DNA of 64,000 bases from Spirochaetota bacterium (GCA_004297825.1 SCSX01000036.1:172680-236679), one strand, 5' to 3'; shown: positions 26,188 through 35,885, numbered from the stretch's first letter. The notes: a model not told the origin generated them from the sequence alone. Translations and numbers: made by a program.

Positions 26188-26466
26188 AGGTTTACTGGAC
26201 CGATTCGGCAAGAACCCACCTTCACGGAATAAAGGATTATATTTCCCGCCATTCAGAAACTTATTCGAAAAGGGTGATCGACAGGCTTCTCCGGCGATCG
26301 GAGCAGATAAGCGCGTTTCCCATGTCCGGGAGAATCGTTCCAGAATTCAGAAACGATCAGATCCGGGAGGTCATAGAAGGCCCGTATGAATCATCTATTA
26401 CATTAAGGCTGACAGCATAGAGGTTCTCGCCGTGGTGCACGGATCTAGAAATGTTCTGAGCGGATA
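26184..26466 (+). pseudogene. parE: ParE/RelE-family toxin gene disrupted by a frameshift
   Basis: Frame 1 reads MKVYWTDSARTHLHGIKDYISRHSETYSKRVIDRLLRRSEQISAFPMSGRIVPEFRNDQIREVIEGPYESSITLRLTA then stops at 26418-26420. The overlapping frame reads ...IIYYIKADSIEVLAVVHGSRNVLSG then stops at ~26464-26466. This is consistent with a single-base loss near GPY|RIIY. Confidence 0.6.
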
Positions 26467-26546
26467 AATCCCCCGGCGCTCCGCGCCCGCCCCCTTTGGT
26501 AAAGGGGACTCCAGGTTCGGAGCGGGTTGCCGATAAGCAAGGTTGT

Positions 26547-26575
26547 AAATTTTAAGCCTCTCCCCGAGGGCTTTT
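26547..26575. repeat. Repeat family R3, short copy (AAATTTTAAGCCTCT-N9-GCTTTT) upstream of the serine hydrolase gene
   Basis: AAATTTTAAGCCTCTCCCCGAGGGCTTTT versus AAATTTTAAGCCTCTAGCCTGGGGGCTTTT at 53371 and 54548. Confidence 0.55.
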
Positions 26576-26784
26576 GGACCGGGAGTAATGACTTTTTCGT
26601 GGAGGATGCTTCCGATATTGACCTTATGTTGGGGAGCTTTTCCCGGGAAGAGGACGTAAAAATAGGTAGTACCTTCCCACCCAGACTGAGCCCGCGGAAC
26701 CCGATTTGCTGGTTGACCGGAGCGCCGATGGCATTATAATCGACCTGCCTTCATTATAGTATAAAAACACCAAGGGGAGGAATC

Positions 26785-28017
26785 ATGGCGGAGAATGGCG
26801 GAGCCAAGAAAGGCGGAAGGAAGGGTCTGATAATTCTCGGCGCGATACTGGGCGTCATCGTAATTGCGGGAGCGCTCAACTTCAACCGCGGGCAGCGGCT
26901 GTACCGCGTCCTGAACCTGTTCGAGAAGGACGTGATCCTGGATAATTTCCGGACGATGAGCGATAAGTTCGAATCGCGGACCGTGCATCGCGGGGACGCG
27001 GTCTTCCCGCTCAAGCGCGCGCAGGCGGCGCTGCCCGGTGAGTACATGCACCAGGGAAAGAAGAAATCGGTGAACGAGTTCATCGAGCGCACCTGGACCA
27101 CGGGGCTCCTGGTCATGAGGGACGACACCATACTGTTCGAGAATTACTATCGCGGGAACACGGAGACCTCGAAAGCCATATCCTGGTCGGTCGCGAAGTC
27201 CTTCGTGTCGGCATTGTTCGGCATCGCGATGGCCGACGGGTACATCAAGGACATCCGCCAGGCTGTAACCGACTACGTTCCCTCGCTCAACGAGTCCGGG
27301 TACAAGGGCGTGCCCATCAAGGACGTACTGCAGATGTCGTCGGGAATCCACTTCAACGAGGATTACGCCGATTTCAATTCCGACATCAACAAGATGGGGC
27401 GGTATTTCGCGCTCAACATGCCGCTGGAGAAATTCGTGGCCTCGCTACTGCCCGAAAAAAAGCCGGGGACATTCAACCATTACGTGAGCATGGACACCCA
27501 GGTCATAGGCATGATCATCCGCAACGCTTCGGGAAAGACCATTTCGCAGTACATGGAGGATAAACTCTGGAAGCCGCTGGGTATGGAATCGGACGCCTCC
27601 TGGCTCATCGACAGCGACGGCATGGAGACGGTTTTCGGAGGGTTCAACGTCGTGCTCAGGGACTACGCGCGCTTCGGCAGGCTTTATCTTAAAAACGGCA
27701 ACTGGAACGGGACGCAGCTCGTTCCCGCTGCCTGGGTCAAGGCGTCGGTGACGCCGGACGCGCCGCACCTTCTGCCGGGCAAGCGCGACAACTCGAGCTG
27801 GGTGCTCGGGTACGGCTACCAGTGGTGGATTCCCGAGAACCCGGACGGGGATTTCCTGGCGATCGGCATCTACGGGCAGGCGATCTACATTTATCCGAAA
27901 TATAACATCGTGATCGCGAAGACCTCGGCGTATCCCGACTACAACAAGGACGGGGACGACATGGAAATAGAGTCCATCGAGATGTTCAGGGCGATCGCGA
28001 AGGCGATGGGCCGATAG
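26785..28017 (+). CDS. Beta-lactamase-fold serine hydrolase (class C / esterase-like), membrane-anchored
   Basis: N-terminal TM helix. ...AISWSVAKSFVSALFG carries the S-x-x-K active-site motif. 410 aa. Confidence 0.8.
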   Translation: MAENGGAKKGGRKGLIILGAILGVIVIAGALNFNRGQRLYRVLNLFEKDVILDNFRTMSDKFESRTVHRGDAVFPLKRAQAALPGEYMHQGKKKSVNEFIERTWTTGLLVMRDDTILFENYYRGNTETSKAISWSVAKSFVSALFGIAMADGYIKDIRQAVTDYVPSLNESGYKGVPIKDVLQMSSGIHFNEDYADFNSDINKMGRYFALNMPLEKFVASLLPEKKPGTFNHYVSMDTQVIGMIIRNASGKTISQYMEDKLWKPLGMESDASWLIDSDGMETVFGGFNVVLRDYARFGRLYLKNGNWNGTQLVPAAWVKASVTPDAPHLLPGKRDNSSWVLGYGYQWWIPENPDGDFLAIGIYGQAIYIYPKYNIVIAKTSAYPDYNKDGDDMEIESIEMFRAIAKAMGR

Positions 28018-28106
28018 ACCTATTTGCTGGCTGACACGCGATACGGCCGGACGGCGCCTCCCTGGTACCCTTCCCCTCACTGGGAGCCGTTCTGCCGGGC
28101 CCGGAT

Positions 28107-28156
28107 TCGTGGGGATGGTGGGGATGGTGGGGATGGTGGGGATGGTGGGGATGTGT
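28107..28156. repeat. 9-bp tandem repeat (GTGGGGATG) x5 in an intergenic region
   Basis: TCGTGGGGATGGTGGGGATGGTGGGGATGGTGGGGATGGTGGGGATGTG. It generates spurious HPHHPH / IPTIPT / PPSPPS ORFs on the minus strand. Confidence 0.8.
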
Positions 28157-28396
28157 AGAATGTAGTATCCTCCCATAAACGCGAGCATCCGCAGCAGCTG
28201 ACAATGGTTAAGGGAACAGTGCGTGTAGTGCAGAGAAATCTTATCGGGTATCGGGGCGCGCCCGGAACGACCCCGGCAGGCATGTCGAACGGTTTCTTAA
28301 AATATTATTTTCGTCAAACGGCAAAATGTGTGTACAAGTACCGCCGGGGCTGCTATAAATAAGCCGCACGTGAACCATTATACACAGAGGGCTTCC

Positions 28397-28990
28397 ATGC
28401 GAAACCTCATCGACAGGGCGTTCTGGATTCTGCTGGCGGCGATCGTGGGCGCTTCGATCTACTTCACGCTCGATATCGCCCGGATAAAGAAAAGCATGAA
28501 CGCCTCCGCGGCCAATCTCCGGATCGAGACCGGTCAAAAGGTCACGGTGAAGAAAATCATCGACGGCGACGAAGTCCTCGTGGAGATGGGGAACAAGAAA
28601 TTCATCGTCAGGATACTCGGCATCTCGTCGTTCGATTCGACGCTCAACGATCCGCTCGACAAGGGCGCGGGCGAGGCGGCGCTGTTTTACCTCCAGAAGA
28701 TGATCCTCAACAATGAGATCGAACTTGCATTCGACGAGTTCAAGGTTGATTCCAGCGAGCGGCTGCTGTCGTATATTCACATGAGCTCGGTGGATATCGG
28801 CGAGGACATGGTGTCGGAGGGGCTCACGCTCGCCTTTACCAAGTACCCCTTTTCGCGGATCAATAAATATGAAAAAGCGCAGCGCGCCGCGCGCGAAATG
28901 AAAAAAGGGATATGGGGCAATGCCCGTCTGGAGAAACGCGCGCTCGATCTTCTGAACCTGTGGATGCAGGACAGGGAGCAGCCGCGATGA
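28397..28990 (+). CDS. Thermonuclease (SNase-like) family protein with an N-terminal TM/signal anchor
   Basis: ...VKKIIDGDEVLV...FIVRILGISSFDS...GAGEAALFYLQK...SERLLSYIHM...GLTLAFTKYPFS...MKKGIWGN matches the SNase fold elements. The stop overlaps the K+ channel start (ATGA). Confidence 0.75.
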   Translation: MRNLIDRAFWILLAAIVGASIYFTLDIARIKKSMNASAANLRIETGQKVTVKKIIDGDEVLVEMGNKKFIVRILGISSFDSTLNDPLDKGAGEAALFYLQKMILNNEIELAFDEFKVDSSERLLSYIHMSSVDIGEDMVSEGLTLAFTKYPFSRINKYEKAQRAAREMKKGIWGNARLEKRALDLLNLWMQDREQPR

Positions 28991-30042
28991 TCATTACCCT
29001 GTTCAGATTATTCTCCGGGAAATTGTCCACGACGATGCGCATGAACAGGGTCAAGGCGATGCTTTTCTTTCTCTGCCTTCTCTGGTATTCGGCGTCGGGG
29101 TTCCTCTATTTCGAGCTGGAGTTCAAACCCGACCTGGGCTGGGGCGACGCGATCTGGTGGGCGCTCGTTACCATGGCGACGGTCGGTTACGGCGATCTTT
29201 TCCCGACGACGTTTTTCGGCCGATATCTGGTCGGCGTTCCCTCCATTATTTTCGGTATCGGCTTTCTGGGCTATATCATCACCTCGGTCGCCACAAAACT
29301 CGTCGAAACCAGGTCGCGGAGGTTGCAGGGAATGAGCAGCGTAAGCCTGTCGAACCATATCATCATATTCAACTATTCTCACGTCGACGAGGTCCTGGCG
29401 CTCGTCAGCCAGTTCCAGTCCGATCGGACGATGAGGGACAAGGGCGTCTGTCTTGTGGACGAGCAGCTTGAGGAGATCCCTCCCCGGCTCGCGGAGGTCG
29501 GGGTGCAGTTCGTCAAGGGAAGCCCGACCGATGAGGATACGCTCCGGAACGCGGGGCTGGACCGCGCGACGCACGCCATTGTGCTCTCGCGAGACAGGCT
29601 CGACCGTCACGCGGACGACCAGAACCTGGTGACCGTCATGGTGATCGAGAAAATCAACCCACGGGTATTCACGATCGTCGAGGTGATCGATACTAAGAAA
29701 AAGCACCAGTTCGCACTCGCGGGGGCAAACGATATAATCTGCATCGGGGAGCTTTCCGTCAACCTGATCGCGCGCGAGATAATGGACCCCGGGGTAAACT
29801 CGGTGTTCCTCGAGCTTTCGACCAACGCGCGCGGTTCGGAGATGTATATCGTCGGCATCGATGCGGGAGCGGGTTCGACCTTCAGGGACCTTCAGCTGCG
29901 CGGGATAGAAAAAAGCGTATCGGTAATCGGACTGCTTAAAGAGGAAGTCCCGATGCTGAACTGCGAACCAGGAACTGTACTACGGCTCGGGGACAGGGCG
30001 ATCGTCATCAGCGCGGACAGGGTCGGTGATCTGGTTGTTTGA
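28987..30042 (+). CDS. Two-TM potassium channel with a C-terminal RCK/TrkA-N domain (MthK-like)
   Basis: Selectivity filter ...TMATVGYGDLFP between two TM helices. The C-terminal Rossmann-like RCK domain starts IIIFNYSHVDEVL.... Confidence 0.85.
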   Translation: MIITLFRLFSGKLSTTMRMNRVKAMLFFLCLLWYSASGFLYFELEFKPDLGWGDAIWWALVTMATVGYGDLFPTTFFGRYLVGVPSIIFGIGFLGYIITSVATKLVETRSRRLQGMSSVSLSNHIIIFNYSHVDEVLALVSQFQSDRTMRDKGVCLVDEQLEEIPPRLAEVGVQFVKGSPTDEDTLRNAGLDRATHAIVLSRDRLDRHADDQNLVTVMVIEKINPRVFTIVEVIDTKKKHQFALAGANDIICIGELSVNLIAREIMDPGVNSVFLELSTNARGSEMYIVGIDAGAGSTFRDLQLRGIEKSVSVIGLLKEEVPMLNCEPGTVLRLGDRAIVISADRVGDLVV

Positions 30043-30157
30043 TCCGCGATAAAAGTTCAGGATGCCGGTGCGGGCTTAACAATATTGACTATACCCGGAC
30101 GGCGGTTATACCATATCGCTGCCGGACAAAGACACATTATTCGCGGAGGTACTACTA

Positions 30158-30787
30158 ATGGGCTTGTTGAAAAGAACCGGAACCGTTATATTCTCTTTCT
30201 TGTTTTTGGTCGTGCTCGCCGGATGCTTTTCCTACCCCCTCAAGCCTTCACGGGACGAGTTTACTCATTTTACCGCCGGACAGATGCCGGAATACGCGAA
30301 GTTCCCGGACGGCCAGGATTTCGAAAACCAGAAAAAATTTCTCCTCCAGCAGATACACATAGACGGTACTATAAGCGCGGCCGAAAAAGAGGCGAAACAG
30401 AAAAAGGTGGAAGCCCTCGCCTTCGAGGAATCACGCTACCTGATGTACGGCGTATTCTCGCCGGATCAACTGGCCCCCAATGAGCGAACCTTTAAATTCG
30501 AATTCCCGGGGTATGATATCGGGGAGCTTGTCGGGGAATCGTACCCTGTGGTAATTCAAAAAACGGTTACCAGCAAAATATCTACTTCATCGAGTTATGA
30601 ATACCGCTTCTTTTTAGTGATGAAGAAGCCGCTGATCCCTGCCAACTTCGGTTCGAGTGGTCTGCCGCTGATCCTGCGTGTGACGAACTCCAAAAACCAG
30701 GTTCAGGAATATACCCTGATCGAAGGCCCGGGATCGCCCGCGGGCAAGGAACTTCCGCCTGCGAAATCCGCGCTCACGCTGCCGTAA
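30158..30787 (+). CDS. Hypothetical lipoprotein
   Basis: Signal peptide with the lipobox ...VVLAGC. 209 aa, no recognised domain, lower GC than neighbours. Confidence 0.55.
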   Translation: MGLLKRTGTVIFSFLFLVVLAGCFSYPLKPSRDEFTHFTAGQMPEYAKFPDGQDFENQKKFLLQQIHIDGTISAAEKEAKQKKVEALAFEESRYLMYGVFSPDQLAPNERTFKFEFPGYDIGELVGESYPVVIQKTVTSKISTSSSYEYRFFLVMKKPLIPANFGSSGLPLILRVTNSKNQVQEYTLIEGPGSPAGKELPPAKSALTLP

Positions 30788-30911
30788 TGCACGGCGCAAT
30801 TGTCGTGTCCGCCAGGCGTGGAATTTAGTCCGGGGGCGCGAAACCAGCCCCGCAGGTCTCGATGCGCTCGAAATCGCACCTCCTGCCTATTTCGCACACG
30901 ACGCAACGCCC

Positions 30912-31094
30912 TTACAACCTGAATTGCTTCAGCTTGTCCCTGAGCTCGTTCGACGATAGCGAGAGCTCCTCGGAGCGGGCGGCGAATTCCTGGGCGCCGG
31001 TGTTCACGCTCTCGATGGTCTGGGATATGCGGCGCGCGTTTTCCTTTTGAACCCCCGTGGAATCGGAGAGGTTCTGCGAAAACTTGCTTATCGA
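30912..31094 (-). pseudogene. Remnant encoding only the C-terminal ~59 aa of a methyl-accepting chemotaxis protein
   Basis: ...ISKFSQNLSDSTGVQKENARRISQTIESVNTGAQEFAARSEELSLSSNELRDKLKQFRL* resembles an MCP signalling-domain C-terminus. There is no upstream MCP body. The N-terminal part of the ORF (to 31199) overlaps alr and is not genuine. Confidence 0.45.
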
Positions 31095-31122
31095 TCCAAT
31101 CTTTATCCCCTGCAATGCAACC

Positions 31123-32271
31123 CTACGGGACGTACACCCTAGGCACGCGCATGCTGATGCCGCACAGCATCTCGTACGGAATGGTGCCCGTCTTGTCACA
31201 GAGCTCTTCGATGGGAATCATGCACCCGTCCATCTCGCCGAACAGCAGGACGTCGTCGCCGTTATACGCCGTCCCCCCGGGACCGATATCGACCATCATC
31301 TGGTCCATGCAGATGGTGCCCGCCGCCGGGCAGCGCCGGCCCCGAATGACCACCTCGCTCCTGTTGGACAGGAGGCGCGCGTAGCCGTCGCCGTAGCCTA
31401 CGGGGAGCGTGACCACGCGCGTTTGCTCACTGGTGACGTAGGTATGGTTGTAGCTTATGCCCGTTCCCGCCGGGACCACCTTGAAGTACGACACCTTCGT
31501 CTTGAGCGTCATCGCGGGAAGTATCCTTCTGCCGGCGTATTCCCGCTCCGGGGCATACCCGTACGGGTCGCACCCGTAGAGCATGATGCCGGGGCGGACC
31601 ATTGTGAGATGCGCGTCCGGGTACGACAATATGCCCGCCGAGTTTGCGAGGTGCACGAGGGGCGGCAGGATGTTTCTCTGCGCCATGTAGTTCGCAGTGT
31701 TCGCGAAGCGGGCGATCTGCGTATCGGTGAAGGCGCGGTCCGATTCCGCCTTCGCGAGGTGCGAGAACACCCCCGTGACCGATATGTCGGGAAGGTCGAG
31801 CGTGCCCTGGATGAAGCGCTCGGCGTTGTACCAGTGGACGCCGATACGCTCCATGCCTGTGTCGATCTTCATCTGGACACGCGCGGTCTTTCCCCGGCGC
31901 GCCGCGACCTCCGCAATGGCGCGCGACTTGTCGAGCGACGAGCTCGTGATCTCGATGTCGTGCTCCAGGAAATCGGCGATCTGGTCGGTGTTGATCGCGC
32001 CGCATACAAGGATGGGCGCCGTGGTCCCGGACCGGCGCAGGTACACGGCCTCCTCGAGGTACGCGACTCCCAGGCAGGACGCGCCCGCCGCGAGGAATAT
32101 ATCGGACACCTCCTTAATGCCGTGGCCGTAGGCGTTCGCCTTCACCATTGCCATGACCTGCACCCCGGGTCCCGTGAGCGCGCGCACGGTTTCCATGTTG
32201 TGCCGGAGACGGGAAAGGGACACCTCCGCCCTCGTGGGCCTGTTCTGGTAGGTTTCGATAATGAGTTTCAT
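31123..32271 (-). CDS. alr: Alanine racemase
   Basis: PLP-lysine motif ...AMVKANAYGHGI.... Full-length alignment to Alr, including ...VGYGDGY... and ...RVVTLPVGYGDGY. Start at MKLIIETY; the ORF read-through to 32457 is rejected. Confidence 0.9.
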   Translation of the reverse strand: MKLIIETYQNRPTRAEVSLSRLRHNMETVRALTGPGVQVMAMVKANAYGHGIKEVSDIFLAAGASCLGVAYLEEAVYLRRSGTTAPILVCGAINTDQIADFLEHDIEITSSSLDKSRAIAEVAARRGKTARVQMKIDTGMERIGVHWYNAERFIQGTLDLPDISVTGVFSHLAKAESDRAFTDTQIARFANTANYMAQRNILPPLVHLANSAGILSYPDAHLTMVRPGIMLYGCDPYGYAPEREYAGRRILPAMTLKTKVSYFKVVPAGTGISYNHTYVTSEQTRVVTLPVGYGDGYARLLSNRSEVVIRGRRCPAAGTICMDQMMVDIGPGGTAYNGDDVLLFGEMDGCMIPIEELCDKTGTIPYEMLCGISMRVPRVYVP

Positions 32272-32418
32272 GGGCGCCGCCTTTTCGGAAAGTACGGTAG
32301 GGGCCGGAAAGAATAAAATGCAACCAAATTTCCCCCGGCCGCGGTTGGACCGAAATTTTGAGAAAACCTCGTCGACGCCGTCGGGGCGTGTGTATATTAT
32401 GGTGACGAGGACAAAGAA

Positions 32419-32443
32419 GCCCCCCGACCCCCCGAAGGGGGGC
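32419..32443. repeat. Left G/C-hairpin inverted repeat flanking the DUF559 cassette
   Basis: GCCCCCCGACCCCCCGAAGGGGGGC. It matches the reverse complement of 32856-32880 (GCCCCCCGACCCCCCAGAGGGGGGC) at 23 of 25 positions. Confidence 0.75.
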
Positions 32444-32485
32444 AATAGCGCGATCAAATGTTAAAAGTTCACAAGGTGCGAATAT

Positions 32486-32848
32486 TTGAATGCTGGAATA
32501 AAATCACCTCGATACGTGATTGAGCTTGCAAGGGGAATGAGGAAAAATCCAACTGCGGCAGAAAAGAAGTTATGGGAAGAATTGAAAGAGAAAAGGTTCG
32601 ACGGATTAAAATTCAGGAATCAGCATCCCGTGTTCAGGTATATACTTGATTTCTATTGTCATGAAAAGAAGCTGGCAATTGAGGTTGATGGCGATATCCA
32701 TATTAATCAAAAGGAAACTGATGCGTATCGTGAGGACTACTTGAAAAGTCTTGGAATTGTAACAGTGCGCGTGAAGAATATCGATATTGAAGATAGAATT
32801 GAGGAAGTTCTTATCAGGATAAGAAGCGAATTGCGTGATTTGTATTGA
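32486..32848 (+). CDS. DUF559 (Vsr-like) endonuclease-domain protein
   Basis: ...RKNPTAAEKKLWEELKEKRFDGLKFRNQHPVFRYILDFYCHEKKLAIEVDGDIH... is typical of DUF559. The gene is AT-rich relative to its flanks. Confidence 0.75.
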   Translation: MNAGIKSPRYVIELARGMRKNPTAAEKKLWEELKEKRFDGLKFRNQHPVFRYILDFYCHEKKLAIEVDGDIHINQKETDAYREDYLKSLGIVTVRVKNIDIEDRIEEVLIRIRSELRDLY

Positions 32849-32855
32849 TTGCCAT

Positions 32856-32880
32856 GCCCCCCTCTGGGGGGTCGGGGGGC
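32856..32880. repeat. Right G/C-hairpin inverted repeat flanking the DUF559 cassette
   Basis: GCCCCCCTCTGGGGGGTCGGGGGGC, the inverted partner of 32419-32443. Confidence 0.75.
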
Positions 32881-32901
32881 AGAGCGAATGGAGCGTGAAA
32901 C

Positions 32902-35148
32902 ATGAACATTAGCGACGAACTAAACCAGATAATCATGGCAGCCTTCAACGAGGCGAAAAACCGCAAGCACGAGTTTCTCACCCCGGAGCACATGCTCTAC
33001 GCCTCGCTCTTTTTCAAGGAGGGAATCGATATCGTGAAGGGATGCGGCGGGGACGTCGAGGCGCTCAAGGGCGAGCTCGAGACGCACATGACGGAAAAAA
33101 TTCCCCGTGCGGCGGACGATATCGAGCCCGTGCAGTCGCTGGGCTTCCAGAACGTGATGGAGCGCGCCATCTGGCACACGGCGTCGGCGCAGAAGGAGAC
33201 GCTCGACCTGGGCGACGTGGTCGTCTCGATGTTCCAGGAGCACGAATCCCACGCGGCCTTTTTTTTAAAGAAGCAGGGAATCAGCAGGCTCGACGTGCTG
33301 AACTACATCTCGCACGGTGTGGGCGTCGTCCCCGGCGAGGACGAGGGCAAGGCCGACGAGGCCGGGGCGGGCGAGGCCGCCGAAAAACCGAAGGACGACG
33401 CGAAGATTCTCAAATCGTTCACCGTGGAGCTCACGGCCCGCGCGCGCGCGGGCGAGATCGAGCCGCTCATAGGGCGCGACGAGATTCTCGAACGGACCGT
33501 GCAGGTCCTCTGCCGGCGCTTCAAGAACAACCCGGTGCACGTGGGCGAGCCCGGCGTGGGCAAGACCGCGATCACCGAAGGCCTCGCGCTGCGCATCGCG
33601 GAGGGGAAGGTCCCCGACCTCCTGAAAAACTTCCGCATCTTTTCGCTCGACATGGGCTCGCTCCTGGCCGGGACGCGCTACCGCGGCGATTTCGAGGAGC
33701 GTATGAAGCGGGTGCTTGCCGCCCTTTCGAAGATGGACGACGTGATCCTCTTCATCGACGAGATTCACACCATCGTGGGCGCGGGCGCCGTCTCGGGCGG
33801 CTCCATGGACGCGTCCAACATACTGAAGCCCGCCCTGGCCAGCGGCAAGCTCCGCTGCGTGGGCGCGACGACCGACGACGAGTACCGCAAATACTTCAGC
33901 AAGGACGGCGCCCTCTCGCGCCGCTTCCAGAAGATCGAAGTGCCCGAACCCTCGATAGACGAGACACGGCAGATCCTCGCGGGAATCCGCGACAAGTACG
34001 AGTCCTACCACGGCGTGAAATACACCGAGGACGCCCTCACGGCGGCCTCCGAGCTTTCCGCGAAATTCATCACCGACCGGCACCTCCCGGACAAGGCGAT
34101 CGACGTGATCGACGAGGCGGGCGCGTACGCGCGCCTGTACGGGACCAGCGGGAGCGACGGCGTGATCACGCACCTGGACATGGAGCGCGTCGTCTCGCGT
34201 ATGGCGAAGATTCCGGAGAAGAGCGTCACCTCCTCCGAGCTCGACAAGCTGCGCGACCTCGAAAAGCTCCTTAAAGAGCGCATCTTCGGGCAGGAATCGG
34301 CGGTGAACATGGTGGTCGAGGCGATAAAGCGCTCGCGCGCGGGATTCCGCGAACCGGGCAAGCCCATCGCCTCCTTCCTGTTCGTGGGGCCCACCGGCGT
34401 GGGCAAGACCGAGCTCGCGCGCCAACTCGCCGCGGTGATGGGGGTATCGCTCCACCGCTTCGACATGAGCGAGTACCAGGAGAAGCATACCGTGGCGCGT
34501 CTCATAGGCGCGCCCCCCGGCTACGTGGGCTACGAGGAGGGGGGCCTCCTGACCGAGTACATACGGAAGACGCCGTACGCGGTGCTACTCCTGGACGAGA
34601 TCGAGAAGGCGCACTCCGACATCTTCAACACGCTTCTTCAAGTGATGGATTACGCGACCCTCACCGACAACACCGGCAAGAAGGCTGATTTCCGCAACGT
34701 CGTGATCATCATGACCTCGAACGCGGGGGCGCGTGAAATCGGAAGGCAGCGCATCGGCTTCGAGGAGGCGCCCGTGAACATGGACGCCCTCTCGGCCGCG
34801 GTGGATCGCATCTTCGCCCCCGAGTTCCGCAACCGCCTGGACGCGGTGGTCCAGTTCAACGGCCTCACCCTGGACATCGTGCTGCAGATCGTGAACAAGG
34901 CCCTGGGAGAATTCCGCACGATGCTCGCGGAGAAGAAGGTGGAGCTTCGCGTCACGGACGAGTGCTCATTGTGGCTCGCGAAGAAGGGCTTCTCGCCGGA
35001 ATTCGGCGCGCGCGAGATCGCGCGCCTGGTGCAGGACAAGGTGAAGCGCTTCTTCATCGACGAGGTCCTCTTCGGCAGTCTTTCTAAGGGGGGCGTCGCC
35101 GAGGCGTACGTCGAGAACGACGACGTGGCGATCAGGGTGCTCGAATAG
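32902..35148 (+). CDS. clpA: ATP-dependent Clp protease ATP-binding subunit ClpA
   Basis: N-domain followed by two AAA+ modules with Walker A motifs [10 protein letters not shown] and [10 protein letters not shown], and sensor motifs. 748 aa. The alternative-frame and antisense ORFs 33042..34274 and 33265..34488 are rejected. Confidence 0.9.
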   Translation: MNISDELNQIIMAAFNEAKNRKHEFLTPEHMLYASLFFKEGIDIVKGCGGDVEALKGELETHMTEKIPRAADDIEPVQSLGFQNVMERAIWHTASAQKETLDLGDVVVSMFQEHESHAAFFLKKQGISRLDVLNYISHGVGVVPGEDEGKADEAGAGEAAEKPKDDAKILKSFTVELTARARAGEIEPLIGRDEILERTVQVLCRRFKNNPVHVGEPGVGKTAITEGLALRIAEGKVPDLLKNFRIFSLDMGSLLAGTRYRGDFEERMKRVLAALSKMDDVILFIDEIHTIVGAGAVSGGSMDASNILKPALASGKLRCVGATTDDEYRKYFSKDGALSRRFQKIEVPEPSIDETRQILAGIRDKYESYHGVKYTEDALTAASELSAKFITDRHLPDKAIDVIDEAGAYARLYGTSGSDGVITHLDMERVVSRMAKIPEKSVTSSELDKLRDLEKLLKERIFGQESAVNMVVEAIKRSRAGFREPGKPIASFLFVGPTGVGKTELARQLAAVMGVSLHRFDMSEYQEKHTVARLIGAPPGYVGYEEGGLLTEYIRKTPYAVLLLDEIEKAHSDIFNTLLQVMDYATLTDNTGKKADFRNVVIIMTSNAGAREIGRQRIGFEEAPVNMDALSAAVDRIFAPEFRNRLDAVVQFNGLTLDIVLQIVNKALGEFRTMLAEKKVELRVTDECSLWLAKKGFSPEFGAREIARLVQDKVKRFFIDEVLFGSLSKGGVAEAYVENDDVAIRVLE

Positions 35149-35170
35149 AGAATAGCTTTACGGAAAGTTC

Positions 35171-35884
35171 ATGCCTATCTTCCAGCTCCCAAATGAAATC
35201 GTGTTCCCTCCCGTCCATCTCGCCCACGAGAGCGGCATTCTCGCAGTGGGCGGCGACCTCACCCCGGAGCGCCTCCTGGCCGCGTACCGCGAGGGGATAT
35301 TCCCCTGGTACTCCCCGGAGGACCCCATCCTCTGGTGGTCGCCCGATCCGCGATTCGTGCTGTATCCGGCGGAGATCAGGATCGCGCGGACCATGCGCCA
35401 GGTCCTGCGCAGAAATATATTTACCGTTACCTTCGACCGCGCGTTTCGTGATGTGGTTGCCGGGTGCCGAACCCCGCGTAAGACCCAGGCCGGCACGTGG
35501 ATCACCGACGAGATGCTCGAGGCCTATTGCCTCCTTCATGAGCGGGGATACGCGCACTCCGTGGAGGCCTGGCGGGAGGGCGCGCTCGCGGGCGGCCTGT
35601 ACGGGGTCTCGCTGGGTGGCATGTTTTTCGGCGAGTCCATGTTCGCGCGCGAGAGCAACGCCTCGAAGGCCGCGCTCGTCACGCTCGCGGAAGCGCTCGG
35701 AGAAAACGGTTTCGACATGATCGACTGCCAGGTGTACACCGGGCACCTGGAAAGCCTGGGAGCCCGCGAGATTCCGCGGACGGAATTCATGACGATCCTG
35801 CGCTCGTCACTGGAACGCGTGACGCTCCGGGGGAACTGGGGGGAGCTTTCGGAATTCTCCCGCGCGCGGGACAGCGAGGGATGA
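35171..35884 (+). CDS. aat: Leucyl/phenylalanyl-tRNA--protein transferase
   Basis: ...GIFPWYSPEDPILWWSPDPRFVL... and ...GLYGVSLGGMFFGESMF... are canonical Aat motifs. Confidence 0.9.
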   Translation: MPIFQLPNEIVFPPVHLAHESGILAVGGDLTPERLLAAYREGIFPWYSPEDPILWWSPDPRFVLYPAEIRIARTMRQVLRRNIFTVTFDRAFRDVVAGCRTPRKTQAGTWITDEMLEAYCLLHERGYAHSVEAWREGALAGGLYGVSLGGMFFGESMFARESNASKAALVTLAEALGENGFDMIDCQVYTGHLESLGAREIPRTEFMTILRSSLERVTLRGNWGELSEFSRARDSEG

Positions 35885-35885
35885 C

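Noticed and set aside
31057-32316. 419-aa ORF antisense to alr
   Set aside because: alr has the PLP-Lys motif and full-length homology; the antisense ORF is artefactual.
33042-34488. ORFs 33042..34274 (+, alternative frame) and 33265..34488 (-) within clpA
   Set aside because: ClpA Walker and sensor motifs lie in the 32902 frame; the others are Arg-rich artefacts.
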